The position numbers and the translations under genes were made by a program. Under the pieces are notes generated by a model. The model saw only the letters and a program-made list of their open reading frames with translations, did no database searches and was not told the DNA's origin. From Pyrolobus fumarii 1A (lineage in GTDB: Archaea; Thermoproteota; Thermoprotei_A; Sulfolobales; Pyrodictiaceae): DNA of 32,000 nucleotides. Positions 31,904 to 32,000 of this stretch are shown piece by piece. The stretch spans positions 1,680,001 through 1,712,000 of the forward strand of contig NC_015931.1 of assembly GCF_000223395.1 (NCBI RefSeq), read 5' to 3'. How positions within the stretch are numbered: the first letter of the stretch is position 1; the number at the start of each line of letters is the position of its first letter.

Positions 31904-32000
31904 GGGAAACGATCAGATTATATGGGTTGAGACGAGGCAGCGAACACACTGACACCGTACTACTCTACACTGTGGGCAAAGCCAGGCTACAGGGTAGTGG

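Noticed and set aside
1-32000. Search for tRNA, rRNA, SRP RNA, RNase P RNA and IS elements
   Set aside because: I found no T-arm (GGTTCGAATCC-like) or its complement, no conserved SRP (GGAAGGGAGCA-like) or 5S motifs in the long GC-rich spacers, and no transposase- or integrase-like ORFs or terminal inverted repeats. A by-eye scan can miss divergent cases.

Overview
About 32 kb of archaeal chromosome. Gene content (PAN, Nop5, tungsten-type AOR, PaREP1, DUF104/PIN modules), TATA-box and often leaderless promoter geometry, and moderately high GC suggest a hyperthermophilic crenarchaeon; this is inference and no search was possible. Most of the window is housekeeping: trpS, a class-III aminotransferase, AOR, nop5, PAN, a GH130-like enzyme, LivMGF ABC components, trpD, several stand-alone CBS proteins and an MFS transporter. 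I saw no tRNA, rRNA, CRISPR array or intact mobile element. The most interesting signals are RNA or regulatory. (1) A canonical C/D-box sRNA lies at about 13835-13892 (-). (2) A second K-turn sRNA candidate at 537-604 (+) has compensatory changes in both box pairs. (3) A D'/C'-type K-loop (CUGA-N7-GUGAUGA) sits on the nop5 start codon and fits L7Ae feedback control, while the usual downstream fibrillarin gene is absent. (4) A bipartite motif, CCGTGATGAG-N2/3-TTGAGTCG, occurs twice upstream of unrelated genes. (5) Two interleaved 7-bp inverted repeats abut the AOR promoter. At the protein level, notable items are a 105-aa protein with 15 Trp, two paralogous MoaD-like beta-grasp proteins (one with a GG terminus next to an aminotransferase, one without GG behind AOR), an AGOG/Qng1-like N-glycosylase fold with an 8-Cys C-terminal extension, a minimal nucleotidyltransferase lacking its catalytic Asp residues, and two DUF104-type antitoxins whose PIN toxins are both decayed. 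I cannot point to one clear, complete novel multi-gene system. The right end (29-32 kb) and the 6.9-7.6 kb insert are accessory-like toxin-antitoxin graveyards. All functional calls rest on motif recognition by eye, and coordinates of small RNAs and alternative starts are approximate.
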